From contig NZ_CP007536.1 in assembly GCF_000698785.1 (NCBI RefSeq), forward strand, positions 1,050,001 through 1,082,000: 32,000 nucleotides of DNA, in the 5' to 3' direction. The stretch is from Nitrososphaera viennensis EN76. GTDB taxonomy: Archaea > Thermoproteota > Nitrososphaeria > Nitrososphaerales > Nitrososphaeraceae. A model generated the notes under the pieces. It had not been told where the DNA came from, made no database searches, and worked only from the letters and a program-made list of their open reading frames with translations. How positions within the stretch are numbered: the stretch's first letter is position 1; each line of letters begins with the position of its first letter. This document shows, piece after piece, positions 25,106 through 32,000 of the stretch. A program made the translations under genes and the position numbers.

Positions 25106-25189
25106 ATAGTCGGACAGCTGGTGGAGATTTTAACTTTCTTCAAAAATAGCGACTATTGTTTTTGAAACTGCATTTGTTAAATAGTCACT
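25106..25189 (+). promoter_or_regulatory. ATAGTCACTATT-family sites and TATA upstream of the small CC gene/merA
   Basis: ATAGTCGGA (25106-25114), ATAGCGACTATT (25146-25157) and ATAGTCACT (25181-25189). The last overlaps a TTAAATA box (25177-25183) about 25 nt upstream of the ATG at 25205. Confidence 0.5.
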
Positions 25190-25204
25190 GAGCAAAGATT
25201 ATCC

Positions 25205-25465
25205 ATGCTTTGTTGCGTTGGACTGTTTGCGGGGGTTATAGCCGGTGCCTATTTAGGAGTGCCATGGGCTCCTTATCTTGCGATCCCTTTGGGAGCAGCG
25301 GGCGGGCTCTTGGGCGACATAACGATATTCCGTGCCTTTGAAAGAAAAAGGGAGTCAAAGGAACAGCAGCAAACTGCCATAGGTAAGCCATGTTCTGCTG
25401 CCATCCTAAATCTGAAGAGGAAGAAGAAACAAGATCAAATTGTTGTAGTGGCAGAAAGCCGCTGA
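25205..25465 (+). CDS. small two-TM protein with N-terminal vicinal Cys pair (MerF/MerE-like architecture)
   Basis: MLCCVGLFAGVIAGAYLGV (TM1 with CC at residues 3-4). Second TM is YLAIPLGAAGGLLGDITIF. Charged tail with one Cys. Ends 33 nt before merA. Confidence 0.6.
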   Translation: MLCCVGLFAGVIAGAYLGVPWAPYLAIPLGAAGGLLGDITIFRAFERKRESKEQQQTAIGKPCSAAILNLKRKKKQDQIVVVAESR

Positions 25466-25498
25466 CAAAACTATGTCTATGATGAGTGAGGGATTACG

Positions 25499-26929
25499 AT
25501 GATAATGAAAAATGGCAGGTATGACCTGATAATTATCGGTGGCGGGGCAGCTGCATTTAGCGCAGCCATCAAAGCCAACAGGCATGGCGTGAAAACTGCA
25601 ATGATTGAACGTGCAATGCTTGGCGGCACGTGCGTGAATGTAGGCTGCGTGCCTAGCAAGAACCTTTTAGGCGCAGGGGAAATATTGCACTCTGCCAAGC
25701 ACCCTTCCTATCCATCGGTGTTTTCATGCGATTCTGATTTTGATTTTGCCAAGACGATTGAAAGTAAGGATGCGCTTGTAAGGGGATTGCGCAAGCAAAA
25801 GTATTATGATGTGCTACAGTCACTTGAACATGTGGAGCTCGTACAGGCCGACGCTTCATTTGTCTCTCCAAAGAAAGTCAAAATTGTTGATGATGATGGC
25901 AGGCTATTCGAGGCCGACAAGTTCATCATAGCCACTGGCTCTTCGCCTTCTGTTCCGAGGTTCAAAGGAATAGAGAATATGCAATATCTGACGAACAATG
26001 GGGCATTGGCACTTAAGGAAAAGCCTTCTTCAATGATTGTCATAGGCGGCAGAGCTCTTGGTCTTGAATTTGCACAGATGTATGCTAGGTTTGGCGCCAA
26101 GGTGACTCTGCTGCAGAGAAGTGATAGGATTATTCCTGACCACGAGCCTGAAATATCACAAGGACTGCACCAGCATCTGACTGAAGAAGAAGGAATAGAA
26201 ATCATCACGGACGTGAATGTGCGGGAAGTATGGCAAAAGAATGGAAGCAAGTTTGTCCGTGCATCGGTAAAAAATAAGGAAGAGCGAGTGTTTGAAGCAG
26301 AGCAGTTGCTTATGGCAACTGGCAGAAGACCCAATACTGCTGACCTGCATCTGGAAAACGCTGGCGTAAAACTGAGAGACGATGGAGCGATAATTGTCAA
26401 CTCTGAAATGCGAACTTCGGCGTCTCACATATGGGCGGGCGGAGACGTTGTCGGAGAGCCAATGCTTGAAACTTTGGCAGCAAAAGCAGGCGCAACCGCT
26501 GCCGAGAATGCATTGACAGGCGGCCACAAAAAGATAGACTTGCTTTCTGTGCCGTCGGCGGTATTTACCTCCCCTCAGGTAGCATCCGTTGGGATGACTG
26601 AAGAACAAATGATGCAGAAATATGGCTACTGCTCTTGCCGTACTCTGCTCATGAAAGATGTTCCCAAGGCTCTGACGGTCAACGATACAAGAGGCCTGAT
26701 CAAGATGGCTGTCGATCCAAAGAAGAATAATCGCATAGTTGGCGTGCACATTCTTGCAAGCATAGCTGCTGACATGATTCACGAAGCAGTCGTGGCTGTA
26801 AAATACAGGCTGACTATAGATGATATCATAGACACGGTGCATGTGTTTCCGACGATGTCTGAAGCGATAAAGCTGGTTGCGACCGCATTCAAGCAGGATG
26901 TAAGCAAACTCTCATGTTGTGCAGAATAG
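25499..26929 (+). CDS. merA: mercuric reductase MerA (core enzyme, no NmerA domain)
   Basis: YDLIIIGGGAAAFSAA FAD fold. Redox-active GGTCVNVGCVPSK. C-terminal FKQDVSKLSCCAE is the diagnostic MerA vicinal Cys pair. GAGGG lies 6-10 nt upstream of the ATG. Confidence 0.93.
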   Translation: MIMKNGRYDLIIIGGGAAAFSAAIKANRHGVKTAMIERAMLGGTCVNVGCVPSKNLLGAGEILHSAKHPSYPSVFSCDSDFDFAKTIESKDALVRGLRKQKYYDVLQSLEHVELVQADASFVSPKKVKIVDDDGRLFEADKFIIATGSSPSVPRFKGIENMQYLTNNGALALKEKPSSMIVIGGRALGLEFAQMYARFGAKVTLLQRSDRIIPDHEPEISQGLHQHLTEEEGIEIITDVNVREVWQKNGSKFVRASVKNKEERVFEAEQLLMATGRRPNTADLHLENAGVKLRDDGAIIVNSEMRTSASHIWAGGDVVGEPMLETLAAKAGATAAENALTGGHKKIDLLSVPSAVFTSPQVASVGMTEEQMMQKYGYCSCRTLLMKDVPKALTVNDTRGLIKMAVDPKKNNRIVGVHILASIAADMIHEAVVAVKYRLTIDDIIDTVHVFPTMSEAIKLVATAFKQDVSKLSCCAE

Positions 26930-27011
26930 TAGATTCGATCATCACACCCGGTTCTTGACTGGCAGGTATAGTCTAACTACCTCTTGTCATGCAACAGAAT
27001 CACAGTTTAAT

Positions 27012-28235
27012 TCATCCTTCCTTGTGCATGTGCCTTGACACCGTTTCTTCGCTGAAGAAGGGGCAGTTTACTACATGCTTGCCCTCCATCGCAGGGGCCA
27101 GCGTGATCGAGTCGCCTGCAACCATCGCGTTGATGTCGCCCAGATTTTCAAGGACCCGCGCCTGTGACGGATCTTTCCACTTGATGAACGAGATCTTCCA
27201 CATGGGGCTGTACTTTGTGCTGTCGTCAGGATTTGCCCCTCCGATGCCCGCCTGGAAGCCCATCGGGCCGGATCCTTTTATGCCGTTTTCAAACTGGAAC
27301 AGGTCGACTGCCACCGGAGTCCTTGCAAGTTTTTCTTCCGCCGGCACGCTGGCGACTCCCATCATCGTTGCCGGCATTTCAGGCGTGGCATCCGTCACCA
27401 CGTAGTAGATTGTTTTTCCATCCGGCCTCCACCCTCTATGGGCGACCATCGTGACGAGCATCTTCTCCGTGTCTATGCCGAGGATCTGCCCGCCTACGTA
27501 CGAGGAGTCGTCAGTGATGCTGTTCCTGTCGTCCCTGATCTTTAGCGAGCCGCCGTCCCACTTGATCGCAGGATGGTTTACGATAATGTCGGTCGCCATT
27601 ATGTCCAGCTGGCCAGAATTTTGCGCGTCCATGACTTGCTGGACTGAGGTTAATTCTCTTGGAGTGGCGGTTTCTTTCCAGCTTGCCATGTTGACCTGCC
27701 ACAACGGGCTGTAGTCCCCGTCTCCAGGCTTTGATGTCACCACGGGCAGCTGGAACCCAAACGTACCGTTGCCTTCTATGCCATTGGTAAAGAAGTATGC
27801 CTGGTTGCGCGCGTCCTGCGGAGTCTTGGCAAGCAGCGGTGCAAAGTTGACCTGAAACCCGCTCTCGTTAGTCAGCTGGGCGGCAACATCCTGGTCTGAC
27901 ACGTCGGTCGCTATGAAGAATAGATCTTTTCCGTCATGATAGCCCTTTTCGAGAGGTATGTCTATTGGAACGCTTGCCCTTGACAGCTTTAGAACCGAAC
28001 CGGCTTTGTCTGCCACCGTGGCGTTAGACGCGGCACTAACAGATTTGTTGTCCGCGGCAGTAGTAGTAGTATTATCTGTCGGATTCCCTGTCTGTTGTTG
28101 TTGCAGCGCCGTTGTCGCGGTTTCCTGCTGCCTTGACGCCAAAGGGGCAGACAAAACCACTACTACTGCAGTTATCAAAATTGATGCGGCTATCGCCGAG
28201 GCAACCACACCTTTTTTCGTCTTTGATGAAACCAT
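27012..28235 (-). CDS. secreted protein with internally duplicated domain (YSPLW/YSPMW motif)
   Basis: 407 aa. N-terminal anchor VVASAIAASILITAVVVVL, a T/Q/N-rich linker, then two homologous halves: G(Y/W)..DGK...TD, F.NGI.G.G..GFQ, YSP(L/M)W, WK. Confidence 0.7.
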   Translation of the reverse strand: MVSSKTKKGVVASAIAASILITAVVVVLSAPLASRQQETATTALQQQQTGNPTDNTTTTAADNKSVSAASNATVADKAGSVLKLSRASVPIDIPLEKGYHDGKDLFFIATDVSDQDVAAQLTNESGFQVNFAPLLAKTPQDARNQAYFFTNGIEGNGTFGFQLPVVTSKPGDGDYSPLWQVNMASWKETATPRELTSVQQVMDAQNSGQLDIMATDIIVNHPAIKWDGGSLKIRDDRNSITDDSSYVGGQILGIDTEKMLVTMVAHRGWRPDGKTIYYVVTDATPEMPATMMGVASVPAEEKLARTPVAVDLFQFENGIKGSGPMGFQAGIGGANPDDSTKYSPMWKISFIKWKDPSQARVLENLGDINAMVAGDSITLAPAMEGKHVVNCPFFSEETVSRHMHKEG

Positions 28236-28347
28236 CTATGCTCTCTCGACGGTTTGTGCGTATAAAACGAGTATTTCCAACAGTTGGAGATTGACTTTAA
28301 CTGTTTGATTTATCAGATGAGGGCTAGAAAGAGCATCAAATTAACTT

Positions 28348-28367
28348 GAATTGGGACCGAATTGGGG
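28348..28367. promoter_or_regulatory. GAATTGGG x2 (reverse complement of the CCCAATT motif at 17.6 kb)
   Basis: GAATTGGG at 28348-28355 and GAATTGGGG at 28359-28367 with 11-bp spacing, in the divergent region between 28235(-) and 28408(+). Confidence 0.4.
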
Positions 28368-28407
28368 AAAAAGTAAATTAGGCAAGCCGAGAGCCGAAAA
28401 GCCGTAA

Positions 28408-28710
28408 ATGGTGGACTTTATGCTCGGCGCCGCAGGAGCCGCCCTTTTGAACATTGGGCTCCTTGGAGGCATTGTCGCGCTCTACATACAGAGCCTGAGA
28501 GTGATAAAGTCCTACTTTACCTGGGGCCTTGTCATAGTGGCGTCGCTTTTCATAGTCCAGAATATTGTAATCGTTATTTTCTGGTCGAACCTTTACCTGG
28601 CCGGCCCGGCGATAAAAGCCATAGTTGACGCAGCTGCGCCGTACCTGTTTGTGATAAACGCGGCCCAGTCAGGAGGGCTTGCGGTCCTCTTTTGGATAAC
28701 CAGAAGATGA
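28408..28710 (+). CDS. small three-TM membrane protein, unknown function
   Basis: 100 aa, ATG start, three clear hydrophobic helices, followed by an oligo-T tract. Confidence 0.55.
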   Translation: MVDFMLGAAGAALLNIGLLGGIVALYIQSLRVIKSYFTWGLVIVASLFIVQNIVIVIFWSNLYLAGPAIKAIVDAAAPYLFVINAAQSGGLAVLFWITRR

Positions 28711-28717
28711 ATAATGG

Positions 28718-28729
28718 TTTTTTAATTTT
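28718..28729 (+). terminator. oligo-T archaeal terminator candidate
   Basis: TTTTTTAATTTT begins 8 nt after the stop at 28708-28710. A small hairpin GGGGT-CAAAA-ACCCC follows at 28746-28760. Confidence 0.35.
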
Positions 28730-28837
28730 GAAAAACATCAAGATTGGGGTCAAAAACCCCCTTCTCGCGTCACTTGACGATATTGTTAGCGTGCTTTTGT
28801 GGATAACAACAAGATAGTAAGAAAAAACTACTAATAC

Positions 28838-29137
28838 TTATTGTGCCACAAGCTGCACCTTTTGCTCTTCGGGGTATCCCTTCAGCAGGTCGGCCATCCT
28901 GGAAAAGTAGTGCAGAAATTCCCTTCCCTTTTCCGTCGTGCGGTAGACCGGCGAGCCTTCCATGACGTCCTGCGCAAGCAGGCCCTTTCCAAGTAGTTCG
29001 TTCAGGTAATAGAGTATCTGCTCGTAACTCAGGTTGGCTTTGTACATGATGTGGGTCTTTTTTATCCCGACCGTTGACAGGGTCAGGACGTCAGCCATGA
29101 TTTCGATTTTGCCCCTGTTGTTTTTTCGTTCAGACAT
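28838..29137 (-). CDS. small winged-helix protein (HTH_45-like)
   Basis: RGKIEIMADVLTLSTVGIKKTHIMYKANLSYEQILYYLNELLGKGLL fits the archaeal HTH_45 wHTH pattern. 99 aa. TAAAATAATATAG lies about 25 nt upstream of the ATG. Confidence 0.7.
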   Translation of the reverse strand: MSERKNNRGKIEIMADVLTLSTVGIKKTHIMYKANLSYEQILYYLNELLGKGLLAQDVMEGSPVYRTTEKGREFLHYFSRMADLLKGYPEEQKVQLVAQ

Positions 29138-29189
29138 GACTCTATCAGATTGTTCTATATTATTTTAGGGATAGGGTGGAATTCGTGCT

Positions 29190-29203
29190 GGAACGCGCGT
29201 TCC
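29190..29203. promoter_or_regulatory. perfect 14-bp palindrome upstream of the wHTH gene
   Basis: GGAACGCGCGTTCC (29190-29203). A related GCGTTTGGAACGC lies at 29239-29251 and shares TGGAACGC. Confidence 0.35.
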
Positions 29204-29352
29204 AACCGCCTTTTTGGGCGCAGAGTATGCCCAGAACTGCGTTTGGAACGCTAATCTGGCTATTTACGTTCTATCAAGTCCTACCAGAACCTTATTACCA
29301 TGAAATAGCCTAGAAAGCAAGAGTCCGGGAAAACTACCAAAGAATTGGTGTA

Positions 29353-30633
29353 TCAGAATGAGCGGATCAGCCTGTTGGCGTCGATAAGGGTCTTTGAGGC
29401 AGTCGAAAGCAGATCCCGGGACGACTGGTAATCCCCATCGCCAATTGCCATTCTTGCCAGGTTGATCAGGTTTATCGCTTCACGTATCTGGCCCTCGGCC
29501 TGCGCGTTGCCGGCTGCATCGGCAAGCTGCTTTTCGGCCCTCTTTTCCAGCCTGTCGGCAGACGCCAACAGGTTGCGCGCCTCGGGACTGTCTCCTTCTT
29601 TTTCTGCTACCGTTGCTGTTGTCTTCGTCGAATTATTGTTGTTATTGCTGCTATTGCTGCTGCCGCCACCATCATCATCATTATTGCTGCTGGCCTGCTC
29701 TACAAGCTTGGCCCGGGCCTTGTCCAGCACCGACTCGGTCAGGGCAAGCGTCGATTCAGCAGAGTCAAGGTCTTTGTTGTCCATCAGCCTTTTTGCCTCG
29801 ACAAGCAGCGACTGTATGTCGTCAAATATCGGGTCGGAAACGCGGTTCTTTTCCGCAAGGACGGCAAGCGTGCGGTAAATGTCGCCCAGCCTGCCATACC
29901 AGTCGTTTGCGGCTGCCAGGCGCCTTTCTTCATCCTCACCTGCCGGCTGGGAGAGCGCCTTCATGTTTTCCGGCGAGAGAAGGTCCAGCATTTCTGCAAA
30001 GTAGGCAAGCGCCGCGTCCATGTGCTTGCGCGCGCTTTCCGTCTGGCCGTACTCTGCGGACTGGATTGCAAGCGAGGCCTCGGACGAGCCAAGCTGGTAC
30101 TTTTCAACCGCCTGCGTGGGTATAGGGATGTCCGCCTGCACGAGCTCCTTAATCCTCGCATTGGCCCTGTCCCTTGCCTGCACCACGGTGTCGTGTATCT
30201 GTGCCAGCTCGTCGCTCTGTTCCGCATCCTTGTCAGCTATGCGAAAGCCGGCGGTGGCCGACTGGCTGCCGTAGGCGGCAGTCACAGTGTAATCGCCGGG
30301 CCCGCAGGACACCTTCATGGGACGAGAAATGAACGAGCCGTCGCGCTCCACCCTCACAAACTGCTGGCCGCAGATGACATCGTCTTTTGCCACCTTGACT
30401 GTCACGAACTTGGCTCCCTTGTTATTATCATTGTCGTTGTTGGTGGTGTTGTCATCCAGATCAACTGTCCCGGCCACAATTACGCGGTCGCCGGAATCAT
30501 AGACGCTCTTGTTGGTGGTGACGGCAAATGACGACGATTGGCCGTACGCCGCAGTAATAGGGAGGACTGCTGCTGTAGCAGCGAGCAGCAAAGCTACAAA
30601 AGGCAGTCCTAGCCCCTTTACCCCTCCCGCCAT
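29353..30633 (-). CDS. secreted protein: Ig-like N-domain + long helical region, N/D/S-rich linkers
   Basis: 426 aa. Signal peptide LGLPFVALLLAATAAVLPITAAYG. Beta-rich about 100 aa with NTTNNDNDNNKG. The helical remainder is interrupted by SSNNDDDGGGSSNSSNNNNNSTK. Confidence 0.7.
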   Translation of the reverse strand: MAGGVKGLGLPFVALLLAATAAVLPITAAYGQSSSFAVTTNKSVYDSGDRVIVAGTVDLDDNTTNNDNDNNKGAKFVTVKVAKDDVICGQQFVRVERDGSFISRPMKVSCGPGDYTVTAAYGSQSATAGFRIADKDAEQSDELAQIHDTVVQARDRANARIKELVQADIPIPTQAVEKYQLGSSEASLAIQSAEYGQTESARKHMDAALAYFAEMLDLLSPENMKALSQPAGEDEERRLAAANDWYGRLGDIYRTLAVLAEKNRVSDPIFDDIQSLLVEAKRLMDNKDLDSAESTLALTESVLDKARAKLVEQASSNNDDDGGGSSNSSNNNNNSTKTTATVAEKEGDSPEARNLLASADRLEKRAEKQLADAAGNAQAEGQIREAINLINLARMAIGDGDYQSSRDLLSTASKTLIDANRLIRSF

Positions 30634-30781
30634 TCTCTCCCCTATGGTAGGGCAGGCGCTTATTTCAGGAACCCCTGAAACGGCCGTTCCCGCTTAAAAA
30701 TGCGGCAATAGCCTGGACATGCGGCGGGCGAAGCAGCTGTTGCGAGTCGTATATATTGCCTGACAGCACTTACTATTCCAA

Positions 30782-31477
30782 ATGCGCCTTTTGCGCCCGG
30801 CCTTGGCAGTATTTGGGTTTCTCGTCATTGTGCTTATCCCGTTACAGCAGGCACTTGCGCAAGAGATCCAGCCCACAAACGTTATAAAATCGCCAAAAGA
30901 CGAGAGCTTTGTCCTCCCGTACCAGGCGGCAAACCGAGACATCCGCAACCCGGTGGTCTACAAGTACGACCAGTCAAAGGGCCAGAACTGGATATTCACA
31001 GTCGACGACAAGCTTTCGTACGTCCCAAGAAACGACTCCAAAGTCGTGATAACCATCAAAGAGCCGGCGCCAAGCGAAAAGTACATCCAGATATTCATGT
31101 ATGGAGGCGACGAGCAGAAATTCGTAGTCGCGGTAAACGCGCCGCAGACGGGCTACCAGATAATCGAGAGTGGCAATTGGGTCTATGAGGAGCTTGTCAC
31201 CCTGACCCATAGCGACAACAGCGGGCTCACGGTGACGGACGGCAAGAGAATAGTAGTAGACAGGCTCGACATACAGGGATTCAACCCCGCGTCAATCGAG
31301 GTGTATGGCATGGACGAAGCCGGAGCGCTTGCAAACGCGTACGGCGGCACGCTCGGCATAGGCATCCTGTACGGAAGCCCTTCTGACACCCCGGTATATT
31401 ACGTGCCGGCGGCAGTCATGATAGGCGTTGGCGCGCTGATGGGCGTTCTTTTGTGGAAGAAAAAGAGGTCGCAGTAG
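30782..31477 (+). CDS. secreted protein with C-terminal membrane anchor
   Basis: 231 aa. Signal peptide LAVFGFLVIVLIPLQQALAQE. C-terminal TM plus basic tail AAVMIGVGALMGVLLWKKKRSQ. Confidence 0.65.
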   Translation: MRLLRPALAVFGFLVIVLIPLQQALAQEIQPTNVIKSPKDESFVLPYQAANRDIRNPVVYKYDQSKGQNWIFTVDDKLSYVPRNDSKVVITIKEPAPSEKYIQIFMYGGDEQKFVVAVNAPQTGYQIIESGNWVYEELVTLTHSDNSGLTVTDGKRIVVDRLDIQGFNPASIEVYGMDEAGALANAYGGTLGIGILYGSPSDTPVYYVPAAVMIGVGALMGVLLWKKKRSQ

Positions 31478-32000
31478 TATCAGCATAATAGCGGCACATA
31501 TTTTTCAAGTCGCACACGCGGCAGTTCGGCTTGACAGGCAGGCAAATGTTCTGCCCGTACATGACAAACGTGTCGTTTACCTTTGTCCACAGCCTCCTGT
31601 CCACCATCCTGCTCAGCTCCTCCTCGGTCTTTTCAGGAGTCTTTGTTTCCACGAGCCCAAGGCGGTTTGATATGCGGTGCACGTGGATGTCGACAGGGAT
31701 CGCAGGCTTGTCAAACGCGTAGACGAGCACGCAGTTTGCAGTCTTGCGGCCCACGCCTGGAAGTTCCAGCAATTTGTCAATGTCAGAGGGCACCCCGCCT
31801 CCGAATTTTTCGACGATGGCCTGCGCGACCTGCTTTATCCTTGCCGCCTTGACATTGTAAAAGCCGATGCTATGTATCAGCTTTTTAATGTCGTCAAGGT
31901 CGGCAGACGCCAGCTCTGCCGGCGTCCTGTAGGCTGCAAACAGCTTGTTGACCACCTTTGTCGTATTCTCGTCGCGCGAGCGCGCAGACAGGATGGTGCC
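31416..32000 (-). CDS. nth: endonuclease III (Nth), 5'-truncated at window edge
   Basis: HhH-GPD LLELPGVGRKTANCVLVYAF. [4Fe-4S] motif CLPVKPNCRVCDLKNMC. The frame stays open to nt 32000 (GTILSARSRDENTTKV precedes the track start), so the true start is outside the window. Confidence 0.85.
   Translation of the reverse strand, partial: GTILSARSRDENTTKVVNKLFAAYRTPAELASADLDDIKKLIHSIGFYNVKAARIKQVAQAIVEKFGGGVPSDIDKLLELPGVGRKTANCVLVYAFDKPAIPVDIHVHRISNRLGLVETKTPEKTEEELSRMVDRRLWTKVNDTFVMYGQNICLPVKPNCRVCDLKNMCRYYADTTATSFSSTKERPSARQRLS

Noticed and set aside
25499-26929. Absence of the N-terminal NmerA (HMA) domain in MerA as a novelty.
   Set aside because: Core-only MerA proteins are common, particularly in archaea. 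This is not unusual.
20850-27010. Mobile-element boundaries (att sites, terminal inverted repeats, integrase or transposase) for the AT-richer mer block.
   Set aside because: No integrase or transposase ORF, no tRNA, and no convincing direct or inverted repeat between the 20.85-20.95 kb and 26.93-27.01 kb edges. I report it only as a compositional island.
28236-28407. Possible C/D-box sRNA (ATCAGATGAGG near 28310) or other ncRNA in the 172-bp intergenic region.
   Set aside because: The C-box match is imperfect (AGAUGAG vs RUGAUGA). I found no properly spaced D/C'/D' boxes or terminal stem.

Overview
The window looks archaeal and is most consistent with a Nitrososphaerales-type thaumarchaeon. 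That assignment is an inference from three things: a geranylgeranyl-reductase lipid gene, HTH_10 and HTH_45 regulators, and A/T-rich TATA-like boxes about 24-36 nt upstream of many start codons, which imply leaderless or short-leader mRNAs. I found no rRNA, tRNA, CRISPR array, integrase or transposase.

The left two thirds (1-17.6 kb) is mostly housekeeping:
- a radical-SAM SplB-like protein and a NUDIX hydrolase
- a suf Fe-S operon (sufB-sufD-Rieske-sufS-sufU) with no sufC anywhere in the window
- a PAP2 phosphatase, a geranylgeranyl reductase, a HAD hydrolase and a HIT protein
- a sulfate-activation pair (Fe-S type APS reductase cysH plus sat) divergent from an uncharacterised 466-aa protein with weak PurM/SelD-like features

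The most interesting part is about 18.2-27.0 kb. A visibly AT-richer block (about 20.85-26.95 kb) carries clear merB and merA. It has none of the classical merR/merT/merP/merC genes and none of the Saccharolobus-type merR/merH genes. Instead it encodes:
- three paralogous membrane modules with CC or CxxC motifs inside predicted TM helices
- a membrane-anchored WCTPC thioredoxin sandwiched between two of them
- an 86-aa two-TM protein starting MLCC directly upstream of merA
- a Cys-rich 130-aa membrane protein
- an HxlR-type regulator and an HTH_10-type regulator

The third copy of the membrane module is fused to a DUF3179 (CPLC) domain just outside the block.

Two cis-element families tie these genes together. 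One is a 25-bp box, identical at 22 of 25 positions, in front of merB and the 130-aa membrane gene. The other is an ATAGTCACTATT family around hxlR and merA. I propose this as a candidate undescribed thiol-based Hg/organomercury handling system.

The right end encodes secreted or anchored proteins of unknown function, a small wHTH protein and a truncated endonuclease III.

All functional calls come from motif recognition by eye. No database search was run.
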